A DNA stretch of 64,000 nucleotides from a bacterium. GTDB taxonomy: Bacteria > Cyanobacteriota > Vampirovibrionia > Gastranaerophilales > UBA9971. Every line of letters begins with the position of its first letter. Within the stretch, counting starts at the first letter, position 1. A program made the position numbers and the translations under genes. The stretch lies in the NCBI GenBank assembly GCA_037147175.1, contig JBAWVS010000001.1, positions 43,680 to 107,679 of the forward strand, in the 5' to 3' direction. The notes below the pieces were generated by a model. It searched no databases, was not told the origin of the DNA, and was given only the letters and a program-made list of their open reading frames with translations. Positions 36,103 to 46,051 of this stretch are shown one piece after another.

Positions 36103-36762
36103 ATGATTAAAAAAAGAGCATATTTTTTTATTTGCTTAATTGCATTGATGTCTAATGTGGGTTGTCTTGCCGTCAGTGCATTTAATTTAATTTCTTTTGA
36201 TGAAGAAATAGCGCAAATTCGTTATAATGTAACTGCTATCGAACATATATATTCCAAGAACGATAATGCAGGAAAAACCAGAGCGTACGAAGAACTTATC
36301 AAAAAAGCCGATAAATTAGTTGTACAATATCCTGATAGGGCAGAACCCTATGTTTGGGAAGGAATAGCTTTATCTGCTCAGGCAAAATACAAAGGAATCG
36401 GAGCAATATCAAATGTAAATACAGCAAAAGCGTTGTTGGAAAAATCAGTAAAAATTAATCCCGATGCTTCGGGTGCGGCAGGGCTGAATGCCCTTGGAAT
36501 GTTGTATTATAAAGTTCCTGCATGGCCTGTTAGCTTCGGTAATGATAAAAAAGCTCAAGAATATTTCTATAGAGCCCTATCAATATCTTCCAACCTCGAT
36601 ACAAATTATAGATACGGTGAATTTTTATTGGAAGAATCCAAAATAAAAGAAGGACTGAGTTATCTTAATAAAGCTTTAAATTTCCCCTTAAGGTCAGGCA
36701 GAAAAGAAGATCCGTTAAAAAAAGAAGATATTAAAAAACTAATTGAAAAGTATAAAGGGTAA
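36103..36762 (+). CDS. TPR-repeat protein with signal/lipoprotein-like N-terminus
   Basis: LMSNVGC lipobox-like sequence; TPR-like helical repeats (AEPYVWEGIAL, ALGMLYYK, AQEYFYRAL). Confidence 0.6.
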   Translation: MIKKRAYFFICLIALMSNVGCLAVSAFNLISFDEEIAQIRYNVTAIEHIYSKNDNAGKTRAYEELIKKADKLVVQYPDRAEPYVWEGIALSAQAKYKGIGAISNVNTAKALLEKSVKINPDASGAAGLNALGMLYYKVPAWPVSFGNDKKAQEYFYRALSISSNLDTNYRYGEFLLEESKIKEGLSYLNKALNFPLRSGRKEDPLKKEDIKKLIEKYKG

Positions 36763-36771
36763 AAATAAAGT

Positions 36772-37818
36772 ATGACGTGTGTGATAAAAACAAATACTTT
36801 GCTTCCTGAATATAAGCATTCTGAGCAGGAAGCCATAGAACAATATAAAAATTGGGTATCGGAAAAAAGCCAATCGTTTCAAAACAAAGCAATAAAAATC
36901 TTTGAAAGTGCTGTTATAAAAGAAAAACATACAATTGCACCTGCTGAAGTTCTTTTTAGCAAAAGAACTTTTGAAGAAACAAATAATTTATACAAAGAAA
37001 AAGCAGTGGAATTTGGAACAAAAATTTTAGCGGATACATTGCAAAAAACAGAAATTAAACCTGAAGAATTGGACTTTATCATAACCACATCCTGTACAGG
37101 GTTTATGATTCCTTCATTTGATACTTATGTGATTAACAGTTTGGGATTGAGAAAAGACATAAAGAAGCTTCCGATAACCGAAATTGGTTGTGCGGCAGGA
37201 GCATCAGCATTAATTTATGCCAACGATTTTTTAAAAGCATATCCTGATAAGAAAGCAGCTGTTATTACTCTTGAATTTCCTAGTAATACAATCCAGTTGG
37301 ATGATTATAGCTGGGATAATATTGTAGGGACAGCATTATTTGCTGATGGAATAGGATGCGCAATACTGGGAGAAAATATTCGGGGGTGTCCTGAAATTAT
37401 TGATTCACAAATGCATCAGGTGGTCGATACAACTGAAATTTTAGGTTATAACATTACAAACACAGGTTTGAAAATGAATCTCGATAAAACTATTCCGAAT
37501 GTGATTGAAGAACATTTTGAACAGATAGTTTCGGATTTTTTAAACACAAATGGCTTAAAAATAGAAGATGTAGACCATTTTCTGATTCATCCGGGCGGAA
37601 TAAAAATTCTTAACAAAATTGAAAATATTCTTTCTAAATATAATAAAAATGTCGATATTTCCAGAAAAATTATGGAAACATACGGCAATTTATCGAGCAG
37701 TACAATACTTTTTATTTTAAATGAATATATGAATAATACTGCCGCTGGAGAAACTGCTTTAGTATTGAGCTTTGGTCCCGGATTTTCAGCGCATCAGTTA
37801 CTTTTAAGATGGAATTAA
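36772..37818 (+). CDS. Type III polyketide synthase (chalcone/stilbene synthase family)
   Basis: Catalytic Cys (TTSCTGFMIPS), His (FLIHPGGIKIL) and Asn (YGNLSSSTILF), plus the GPGF loop. 348 aa. Confidence 0.9.
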   Translation: MTCVIKTNTLLPEYKHSEQEAIEQYKNWVSEKSQSFQNKAIKIFESAVIKEKHTIAPAEVLFSKRTFEETNNLYKEKAVEFGTKILADTLQKTEIKPEELDFIITTSCTGFMIPSFDTYVINSLGLRKDIKKLPITEIGCAAGASALIYANDFLKAYPDKKAAVITLEFPSNTIQLDDYSWDNIVGTALFADGIGCAILGENIRGCPEIIDSQMHQVVDTTEILGYNITNTGLKMNLDKTIPNVIEEHFEQIVSDFLNTNGLKIEDVDHFLIHPGGIKILNKIENILSKYNKNVDISRKIMETYGNLSSSTILFILNEYMNNTAAGETALVLSFGPGFSAHQLLLRWN

Positions 37819-38411
37819 AAAAAATGAACAAAAAGAAAAAAATATTATTAATAGACTTACACCCTGACAGTCAAAGTTTTTGCTCTGTTATGGCACAAAA
37901 ATACGTAGACGGTGCTATTGCTTCAGAATTTGAGGTGAAAATTATCAAGGTCAGAGAATTGAATTTCGATAATGTGCTTCATTTCGGTTATAGAGAAATT
38001 CAAGCTCTTGAACCAGACTTGATTCAAGCACAGGAAGAAATTAAGTGGTGCAGCCACCTTGTATTTATCACTCCAGTGTGGTGGGGCTCTATTCCTTCCA
38101 GTGCAAAGGGCTTTATTGACAGAGTTTTATTAAGCGGATTTTCTTATAAGTTTGATATAAAGAAAAAAAGACCTGTCGGTTTACTGAAAAACAGGTCGGC
38201 AAGCGTGATTTATACACAGGGAGCGCCTTTTATTTACAGCAAATTTTTTACAGGAGATGCCTTCTGGAATTTTATGAAAATTTGTATTCTTCAGTTTTGC
38301 GGCTTTTCAAACATTAAAAGAAAATGCTTTGATAAAGTAAAGTCGGGAACAGATAAAGAAAGATTGAAAATTTTAAACGAAACTTATGAACTTGGAAAAA
38401 AAGGATTTTAA
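37809..38411 (+). CDS. Flavodoxin-like-fold NAD(P)H (quinone) oxidoreductase family protein
   Basis: KILLIDLHPDSQSF and ITPVWWGSIPSSAKGFIDRV resemble the NQO1/MdaB/KefF family. Alternative start at 37824. Confidence 0.7.
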   Translation: MELKKMNKKKKILLIDLHPDSQSFCSVMAQKYVDGAIASEFEVKIIKVRELNFDNVLHFGYREIQALEPDLIQAQEEIKWCSHLVFITPVWWGSIPSSAKGFIDRVLLSGFSYKFDIKKKRPVGLLKNRSASVIYTQGAPFIYSKFFTGDAFWNFMKICILQFCGFSNIKRKCFDKVKSGTDKERLKILNETYELGKKGF

Positions 38412-38414
38412 GAT

Positions 38415-39182
38415 ATGACTATTCATGACAACAAGTCCAAATTACAACTTCTGGAAGATGTGGGATTTGTAAAATATTTTACCGGAAACTCATGGAGTGA
38501 GTATAACAGGAAATTTTTTGATAATCTTGCCAAAAAATATGATGCCACAAACGCTTTGCATAGCTTTGGCACGAAAAGTATTATTGACAAAAAATCAATT
38601 GAAAAAATCCATTTTCCTGTAAACGCCTCTGTGCTTGATTTATGTACAGGAAGTGGAGATATCTGCATTAGGATAGCAAAGAAACATCCTGATTTTAAAA
38701 TTATAGCTCTCGATGCATCGGAAAAAATGCTTGAAATAGCAAAACAAAAAGCAAAAGGCTGCAATAATATTGATTTTGTAAAAGGTGACGCCTTAAGCCT
38801 GCCTTATGAAGATAATTCATTTGATGTTTTAATAATAAGTTTCGGACTTCGGAATCTTGAAAATATTCAGGCAGGACTTAAAGAAATGCAAAGAGTTGTA
38901 AAATCCGGCGGTTATGTAGTTAATATTGATCAGGGAAAACCTGAAAATCCTGTCTTTAAAGCTCTTTATCAAGTTTATTTTTACGGCATAGCTCCATTAA
39001 TAGGGAAATTAATTTTTCATATGGGAGAATTTAATTCTTTCAAATATTTGCCCGAATCTAACAAATATTTTCCTTCCCAGCAAGAACTTGTGAAAATTTT
39101 TGAAGAAGTCGGATTTAAAGATATAAATAATTACAATTACTGGCTTGGCGCGATTTCTCAACAAATTGCGAGGGTCGAATAA
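38415..39182 (+). CDS. ubiE: UbiE/MenG-family quinone C-methyltransferase
   Basis: FDNLAKKYDATNALHSFG, SAM motif LDLCTGSGD, and YLPESNKYFPSQQELVKIFEEVGF match UbiE/MenG blocks. Confidence 0.8.
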   Translation: MTIHDNKSKLQLLEDVGFVKYFTGNSWSEYNRKFFDNLAKKYDATNALHSFGTKSIIDKKSIEKIHFPVNASVLDLCTGSGDICIRIAKKHPDFKIIALDASEKMLEIAKQKAKGCNNIDFVKGDALSLPYEDNSFDVLIISFGLRNLENIQAGLKEMQRVVKSGGYVVNIDQGKPENPVFKALYQVYFYGIAPLIGKLIFHMGEFNSFKYLPESNKYFPSQQELVKIFEEVGFKDINNYNYWLGAISQQIARVE

Positions 39183-40393
39183 TGAAATTATCGATTGCTA
39201 CAAATTTTGATAATGAATTAATAGAACAAATAAAAGATTATCCTGTCGAAGAGCTTTATGGAAAACTTTCAAAGGACTTTGTCGGAGGAGGAAGATCTTC
39301 CTATATGCTTGCACCTGTTGAAAAAAACATATTAGTAGAACATATAGCCCATGCAAAAAAATACAATATAGGATTCAATTATCTTTTGAATGCAAGTTGT
39401 ATAGATAACCTTGAAACAACCAGAGATGGGCAGAAACAAATCAGAAAATTGCTGGACTGGCTTACAAAAATAGGCGTAACTTCACTTACTGTGTCGACTC
39501 CATTTTTATTGCAGACAATAAAAAAGAGTTATCCGCACTTTCGTGTGAGAATTTCTGTTTTTGCGTGTGTTAATAACCTTAGAAAAGCACAATACTGGGA
39601 AGAAATGGGTGCAGATATAATTGCGCTTGATTCGCATGTATTAAACAAAGATTTTAAAACACTCAAGCTTTTAAAAGAAAAACTTTCCTGCGGGATGGAA
39701 ATTTTGACTAACGGAAATTGCCTTATGAATTGCATGATGGCTCATGTGCATCCGAATTTAATGGCTCATAGCTCGCAATCAAAGCATACTTCCGACGGAT
39801 TTGTTATAGACCACTGTTTTTTGTACTGTCAAAAAAAGAAAACGGAAGAACCCGCAAATTATTTAAAGTCAGACTGGATACGCCCTGAGGATATACATTA
39901 CTATGAAGAAATAGGCTATGAAAACTTTAAGCTGGTAGAAAGAAATATCAAAACGGAAGAAATGGTAAAAAGAGTAAAAGCTTATTCCAATCGTTCTTAT
40001 GACGGAAACTTACTTGATTTGGTTCAGGGGTTTGGATTTAAGGACCAACAAAAACTTTCAGCAAATTCAAAGTTTAATAAACTGGCATTTTTCTTTAAAC
40101 CTACAAAAATTAATATGTTTAAATTAAATAAAATTAAAGAACTCTGCACAAGAAAAGGAATGTTGTTGCCGCTTAAATCTGTTCCCGTTTATATTGATAA
40201 CAAAAAACTGGATGGATTTATTGAACCTTTTTTAAAAAGATCCTGTATGGATTTAAATTGCGGGATTGACTGCAAACATTGCGATTACTATGCCGACAAA
40301 GTTATCACAATTGATACTGCATTTCAAAAAGATTGTATTCAACTCCATAAAGATATAGATGATGATATTTATTCAGGAAAAATGTGGAAATAA
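39182..40393 (+). CDS. U32-peptidase-family-like protein (possible UbiU/UbiV-type Fe-S hydroxylase)
   Basis: N-terminus MKLSIATNFDNELIEQI, FNYLLNA, and the Cys cluster EILTNGNCLMNCMMAH...DHCFLYC recall U32 (PF01136) members. Recognised from memory only. The ATG overlaps the ubiE stop. Confidence 0.5.
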   Translation: MKLSIATNFDNELIEQIKDYPVEELYGKLSKDFVGGGRSSYMLAPVEKNILVEHIAHAKKYNIGFNYLLNASCIDNLETTRDGQKQIRKLLDWLTKIGVTSLTVSTPFLLQTIKKSYPHFRVRISVFACVNNLRKAQYWEEMGADIIALDSHVLNKDFKTLKLLKEKLSCGMEILTNGNCLMNCMMAHVHPNLMAHSSQSKHTSDGFVIDHCFLYCQKKKTEEPANYLKSDWIRPEDIHYYEEIGYENFKLVERNIKTEEMVKRVKAYSNRSYDGNLLDLVQGFGFKDQQKLSANSKFNKLAFFFKPTKINMFKLNKIKELCTRKGMLLPLKSVPVYIDNKKLDGFIEPFLKRSCMDLNCGIDCKHCDYYADKVITIDTAFQKDCIQLHKDIDDDIYSGKMWK

Positions 40394-40411
40394 TATCCGA
40401 ATTTTTATAAA

Positions 40412-43400
40412 TTATTGATATTTATTTTCGTTGTCATTTGAGGAATCCAGTGTTTCTCCTGTAGGAGCAATAGTTTTATTCTTCCTGAAATTTTCCCTTA
40501 AAGACAGAACTAAAATATAAAAAACAGGAATAAAAAGCAGGTTTAAAACTGTTGAAACCAGCATTCCGCCAAATATAGCTGTTCCCATAGACTGACGGCT
40601 CGCAGAACCGGCTCCGGTTGATAAGACTAACGGCAAAATACCAAGCATAAATGACAGTGATGTCATTAAAATGGGGCGAAAACGAATGGCTGCTGCCTGC
40701 ATTACCGCATTTTTTATTGATAATCCTTTTTCATGAAGCTGATTTGCAAATTCAACTATTAAAATAGCGTTTTTGCTTGCAAGACCAATCAGCATAACCA
40801 TACCAATCTGACAAAAAACGTCATTTTGAAACCCGCGTGTAAATTGTGCCAATAATGCCCCAAAAATAGCCACCGGTACAGCCATTAAGATTATAACAGG
40901 ATTCATAAAGCTTTCATATTGGGCTACAAGTATTAAAAATATAAATATAAAACTTAAAGCAAAAATAAATGTGGCTTTAGAGCCTGATTCCATTTCTTCT
41001 AATGCAGTTCCAGACCATTCAAAAGACATTCCCTGAGGGAGAACTTTTTTGGCAATAGACTCCATTTCCTTAATCGCTTCGCCTGAACTGCGTCCAAAGA
41101 AAGGAGAGCCGTTTATTTCAGAAGATCTGAACAGGTTGTAATGACTTATTGTCTGCGCAGTATATGTTTGTGAAGTTGAGATAAGGTTTGAAAGCTGAAT
41201 CATAGAGCCGTTTTGTGAACGGACATAGAATTGACCGATATTGTCAGGATTGTTTCTGAATTGCTGATCAGCCTGAATATAAACTCTGTATACCTTGTTA
41301 AGATAGTCAAAATCATTGACGTACATTGAACCTAAAAATACTTGCATAGTCGTATAGATGTCCTGCAAGGAAATATTTAATTGTTTTGCCTTGAATTTAT
41401 CAACTTTAACCATTACCTGTGGGTTGTTTGCACTGAAACTCGAAAAAAGACCGAGCAGGACAGGTGATTTGCTTCCTGTCGCAATGACAGACTGAGTTGC
41501 CGAACTTAATTCATTAAGAGTATGTCCGTCCTCATCTTTAATTTCAAACTGAAATCCTCCGATATTTCCGACACCTTGAATTGCAGGCGGTTCAAACGGC
41601 ATAATAATAGCGTTCGGTATTCCCATGAGTTGACCTCTGAGTCTGTTTACAACGGCATTTACAGAATGTTCATTGCCGCTTCTTTCCCTGAGAGGTTTTA
41701 AGGAAATAAACTGGATGCCTTTATTAGGTCCGTTTCCCATAAAGCTAAAACCTCCTATGGAAACGGCATAAGCAATTTCAGGAGTTTGACGATAAATATA
41801 TTCGGCCTGATCAAGAACTTTTTCAGTTTGAGAAAGAGAAGACCCTTCAGGTGTTTGAATAATTGAAACAATAAATCCCTGATCTTCATTTGGAACAAAG
41901 GCTGAAGGAACTATTTTGAACAATAAATATGTTGCTCCGATTAAAAGACAAAATATAGTCAAAGTGGGCTTTATATGCTGAATAACAAAGTTGAGTAATT
42001 TGTTATAAAAATTTCTGGTATTTTGAATAAAAATATTTACTTTGTCAAAGAACAATGATTCTTTATGTTGATGAGAAATTAATAAAGCCGCCAAGGCAGG
42101 GGTTAATGTTAATGCATTAAATGTCGATATTGCGATAGAAAAGGCAATTGTGAGAGCAAATTGTTTGTACAGCTGACCGGTTACTCCGGGGAAAAAAGCA
42201 ATCGGGACAAAAACGGCTATAAGTACAAGAGATGTTGCTATAACTGCGCTAAACACTTCTTTTGTTGCTTCTACTGCTGCTATAGCAGGAGGCATGCCCT
42301 TTTCTTTTATAAAACGTTCAATATTTTCAATAACAACGATTGCATCATCAACAACAAGACCTGTTGCCAGAGTTATTCCAAACAATGTAAGTGTATTTAT
42401 CGAGAATCCAAAAAGCTTCAAGAAGGCAAAAGTTCCTATTAAAGAAATAGGTATTGTAATTGCCGGAATAATAGTTGTTCTCCAGTTTTGAAGAAAAATA
42501 TAAATTACCGCTATAACAAGTAAAATTGCGCCTAAAAGAGTGAAAAGAACTTCCTTGATGGACTCATTGACAACTTCTGTCTCATCAACAATTTGCTTGT
42601 ACTTCAAACCTGCAGGAAAGCTTTCAGAAATCTTTTGCATTTCTTTTTTTACATTATTGCTGACTTCCAACGCATTGGCATTTGGAAGCTGGAAAACACC
42701 TAAAGCAATAAATTCCTGCCCCATAAATTTGGCTGTTGAAGAATAGTTCTCTGCACCGAGTTCTGCATAACCGACATCGCTTAATCTTACAAAACTGCCG
42801 TTTGAGCCTGTTTTTATTATAAGATCATTAAATTCTTTAACAGTTTGTAATCTTCCGGAAGTTTTAACACTCATTTGTATTGATTGATTGCTGTTAACGG
42901 GGGGTTGACCTATTTGACCCGCTGCTACCTGAATATTTTGTTCTTGAAGAGCTTTAATCACGTCACCGGCGATTAATAATCTGGCTGCAAGTTTCCCCGG
43001 ATCAAGCCAAAGTCGCATTGCATACTTTCTTTCTCCGAATATATTAACTGAACCAACGCCTTTTACCTGTTTTAACCTGTCTTTTATAAAACGATCCGCA
43101 TAATTGCTTATGAAAGAATTATCGTATTTGCCGCCATCCGAGTATAAACCGTAGATTAAGAGCATTGCGGTTGAATTTTTTTGAATGCTGATGCCGGTTG
43201 ATTTAACTTCAGCAGGGAGTCTTGCCTCTGCCATTTTTACCCTGTTCTGTACTTCCATCAAAGCCGCATCAAGGTTTCTGTTCAAATCAAAGACAATATT
43301 AATAACGCTTGTTCCATCGTTACTGCTGCTGGAAGTAATATATTTCATTCCTTCTACGCCGTTAATTTCCTGTTCTAAAGGCGTAGTTACAGAAGATTCA

Positions 43401-43573
43401 ACAGTTTGTGAATTAGCTCCGATATAATTTGTTGTTACTGTGATTTGAGGGGGAGCGATTTGTGGATATTGGGCAACAGGAAGCATCGGAATACAAATAG
43501 CACCTATTAACAGAATTATTGCAGAACAAACTCCTGCAAATCGTGGTCTTTTAACAAAAAAATCTATAAACAT
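40412..43573 (-). CDS. AcrB-type (HAE1) RND multidrug efflux permease
   Basis: MFIDFFVKRPRFA...LPVAQYPQIAPPQITV N-terminus; GLVVDDAIVVIENIER. 1053 aa. Confidence 0.95.
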   Translation of the reverse strand: MFIDFFVKRPRFAGVCSAIILLIGAICIPMLPVAQYPQIAPPQITVTTNYIGANSQTVESSVTTPLEQEINGVEGMKYITSSSSNDGTSVINIVFDLNRNLDAALMEVQNRVKMAEARLPAEVKSTGISIQKNSTAMLLIYGLYSDGGKYDNSFISNYADRFIKDRLKQVKGVGSVNIFGERKYAMRLWLDPGKLAARLLIAGDVIKALQEQNIQVAAGQIGQPPVNSNQSIQMSVKTSGRLQTVKEFNDLIIKTGSNGSFVRLSDVGYAELGAENYSSTAKFMGQEFIALGVFQLPNANALEVSNNVKKEMQKISESFPAGLKYKQIVDETEVVNESIKEVLFTLLGAILLVIAVIYIFLQNWRTTIIPAITIPISLIGTFAFLKLFGFSINTLTLFGITLATGLVVDDAIVVIENIERFIKEKGMPPAIAAVEATKEVFSAVIATSLVLIAVFVPIAFFPGVTGQLYKQFALTIAFSIAISTFNALTLTPALAALLISHQHKESLFFDKVNIFIQNTRNFYNKLLNFVIQHIKPTLTIFCLLIGATYLLFKIVPSAFVPNEDQGFIVSIIQTPEGSSLSQTEKVLDQAEYIYRQTPEIAYAVSIGGFSFMGNGPNKGIQFISLKPLRERSGNEHSVNAVVNRLRGQLMGIPNAIIMPFEPPAIQGVGNIGGFQFEIKDEDGHTLNELSSATQSVIATGSKSPVLLGLFSSFSANNPQVMVKVDKFKAKQLNISLQDIYTTMQVFLGSMYVNDFDYLNKVYRVYIQADQQFRNNPDNIGQFYVRSQNGSMIQLSNLISTSQTYTAQTISHYNLFRSSEINGSPFFGRSSGEAIKEMESIAKKVLPQGMSFEWSGTALEEMESGSKATFIFALSFIFIFLILVAQYESFMNPVIILMAVPVAIFGALLAQFTRGFQNDVFCQIGMVMLIGLASKNAILIVEFANQLHEKGLSIKNAVMQAAAIRFRPILMTSLSFMLGILPLVLSTGAGSASRQSMGTAIFGGMLVSTVLNLLFIPVFYILVLSLRENFRKNKTIAPTGETLDSSNDNENKYQ

Positions 43574-43576
43574 TGA

Positions 43577-44755
43577 TTAATTACCTTTTTCAATAATTGC
43601 GACAGGAGCGCCATCCATTAATTTCTGTATTCCCTGTGTTACAATTTGCTCACCTTGAGTCAAACCGCCGAGAATAACGTATTTGTCACCTTGAATATTA
43701 CCAAGTTTAACCGGTTTTTGTTTTACAAAAGGCTTTTTGTCTTTTAAATTAACGACATATACAAAGTCCTGACCGCCAAAATTAACTATTGAACCTGTCG
43801 GAACTAAAATTCCTTTGATATCACTGTAAACAACCCGTGCTTTAACTGATTGATCGGCTTTTAAAATCCCGTCAGCATTAGAAATAATTGCTTTAACTAA
43901 AATTGTTTGAGTGTCTTTATCTATAACAGGGGATACAAAAGAGATTTTTGAACGTTTGATTACATTATTGTCGTTATCTAAAATCTCAACAGACAAGCCA
44001 TTTTTAACATCAAACACCTTGTCTGAAGGCAATCCGACATTGGTTTCCAGCGTATCATTTTGTGTAATGCTTAATAAAGGCGTGGTTGGATTTACATAAC
44101 TTCCTGTTTTTACCGGAATATCGCCAACAATTCCATAATAAGGAGCTGTAATTTTGTAATATTGAAGCTGTAGTTGCTGTTCTTTAATGGCAAAATCGGC
44201 TTTTTCAATTTCTGCTTTTTGCGCTTCAATTTGTGCAGCATTAGCCTCAAGATCAAATCTGGCTTTGTTATAGCTGTCAGTATATTTTTCTAAATCCTGC
44301 TTACTGACGGTATTCTTTGAATATAAAGCTTTATATCTTTCATACATTTGTTTGTTATATTCAAAATTTGATTCTGAAATTTTTCTTTGAGCCTGATAAT
44401 TATAAAGAGCTGCCTTTGCCGCAGAAACATTTGCCTGACTTGAATTTAAAACTGATTCCTGTTTGCGTTTGTCAATAAGCATTAATAATTGACCCGCTTT
44501 GACATGTTCACCTGCTTTAACGTAAATATTCGCAATTTGACCCGAAATTTGGGGTTGAAGAACAACCGAATAGCGAGAAATAAGATTTGCCTGATAGATC
44601 TCGGAATTTATAACTTTTGATGCTTTTATAACAGTTGTTTCTACCGGCATGGGAGGCATTGCCCCCATAAACGGAGGTTTGTTGCATCCTGTCAAACCGA
44701 TTAATGAAACAATCATTAATGAAATTAAAGTTAATTTATTTTTAGCGCTATTCAT
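43577..44755 (-). CDS. AcrA-type RND periplasmic adaptor lipoprotein
   Basis: Lipobox LTGC, coiled-coil hairpin, ITAPYYGIVGDIPVKTGSYV. Confidence 0.9.
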   Translation of the reverse strand: MNSAKNKLTLISLMIVSLIGLTGCNKPPFMGAMPPMPVETTVIKASKVINSEIYQANLISRYSVVLQPQISGQIANIYVKAGEHVKAGQLLMLIDKRKQESVLNSSQANVSAAKAALYNYQAQRKISESNFEYNKQMYERYKALYSKNTVSKQDLEKYTDSYNKARFDLEANAAQIEAQKAEIEKADFAIKEQQLQLQYYKITAPYYGIVGDIPVKTGSYVNPTTPLLSITQNDTLETNVGLPSDKVFDVKNGLSVEILDNDNNVIKRSKISFVSPVIDKDTQTILVKAIISNADGILKADQSVKARVVYSDIKGILVPTGSIVNFGGQDFVYVVNLKDKKPFVKQKPVKLGNIQGDKYVILGGLTQGEQIVTQGIQKLMDGAPVAIIEKGN

Positions 44756-44796
44756 ATTTATTTAACTCCTGTGTTTTAAGAAACAAGTATAATACG

Positions 44797-46026
44797 TTAT
44801 TCATACCTGAGGGCATCTATCGGGCTGAGCAAAGAGGCTTTGTATGCAGGATAAAACCCGAAGAAAATACCCACTACCCCTGAAAATCCAAATGAAAGAA
44901 TTATTGATAAAGGCGAAACCATTGTAGGCCAACCGGCAGCAGATGAAATTAAGTTCGCTCCGAGTATGCCGATTAAAATTCCGACAATGCCACCTGATAA
45001 TGACAGCATGAGGGCTTCTATAAGAAATTGAAGGCGAATATCCCATGTTTTTGCGCCTATTGCCATTCTTATTCCTATTTCTTTCGTTCTTTCAGTGACA
45101 GAAACAAGCATTATGTTCATAATTCCTATACCTCCGACAAGCAAAGAAATAGACGCAATTGCTCCAAGCAATAAAGCCATTACATTTGATGCCTGTTGAG
45201 CCATTTGCATCATCTGAGTGAGGTTTCTTATGCTAAAATCATCTTCCTGTTTCAGCCCAATATGATGTTTTTCTTTTAATAAAGCCGTTATTTCTTCTTC
45301 CGAAGTGCTTAAGGCTTCTGCATTATTTGCTTTTACCATAATAATCCTGACCATTCCTGGAAATTCAGAGCCAAAAAGTTTTTTCTGCCCGGTTGTCAGA
45401 GGAATATAAATCCCGTCATCCTGATCTTGACCGACCATAGATTGTCCTTTTCTTTCAAGAGTCCCTATAACTTTGAACGGAATCCCTTTTATCCTGATGA
45501 TTTTTCCAAGAGGATCAAGGTCGCCAAAAAGGTTTATAACAACAGTTTGCCCTAAGATACAAACTTTTGTGGCATTTTTTACGTCTTCATTAGTGAATAT
45601 ATTGCCTGAAGAAAGTCCCCAATCTCTAATATCAAGTAAATTAGGGGTTGAGCCTATAATTTGTGTAGACCAGTTCTGGTTTCCGAATACAATTTGACCT
45701 GTGCCCGAAACAATCGGAGCAACATTAGCAACAGAAGAACATTCTTTTTTTATAGCCTCGGCGTCTTTTACTGTTAAAGTCGGTTTGCTGCCCATGCTCA
45801 TTCTCGTTCCTCCGGAAGTTGTTGCTCCAGGCATTACGATAAGAAGATTACTTCCCATTGTTGAAATCTGGTCTGAGACTTGCTTGCTTGCTCCAGAGCC
45901 TACTGCAAGCATTATTATAACGGCGCTAACCCCTATAATTATCCCGAGACTGGTCAGGATTGAGCGCATTTTATTGACTTTTAGGGCTCTATATGCAATT
46001 TTTATCGTGGAAGAAAGGTCAATCAT
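44797..46026 (-). CDS. MacB/FtsX-type ABC transporter permease
   Basis: MacB_PCD-like periplasmic domain between TM1 and TM2; C-terminal FtsX domain (RTKEIGIRMAIGA). 409 aa. Confidence 0.9.
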   Translation of the reverse strand: MIDLSSTIKIAYRALKVNKMRSILTSLGIIIGVSAVIIMLAVGSGASKQVSDQISTMGSNLLIVMPGATTSGGTRMSMGSKPTLTVKDAEAIKKECSSVANVAPIVSGTGQIVFGNQNWSTQIIGSTPNLLDIRDWGLSSGNIFTNEDVKNATKVCILGQTVVINLFGDLDPLGKIIRIKGIPFKVIGTLERKGQSMVGQDQDDGIYIPLTTGQKKLFGSEFPGMVRIIMVKANNAEALSTSEEEITALLKEKHHIGLKQEDDFSIRNLTQMMQMAQQASNVMALLLGAIASISLLVGGIGIMNIMLVSVTERTKEIGIRMAIGAKTWDIRLQFLIEALMLSLSGGIVGILIGILGANLISSAAGWPTMVSPLSIILSFGFSGVVGIFFGFYPAYKASLLSPIDALRYE

Positions 46027-46051
46027 AATTATTTGCTTTTTCTCTCTTTTA

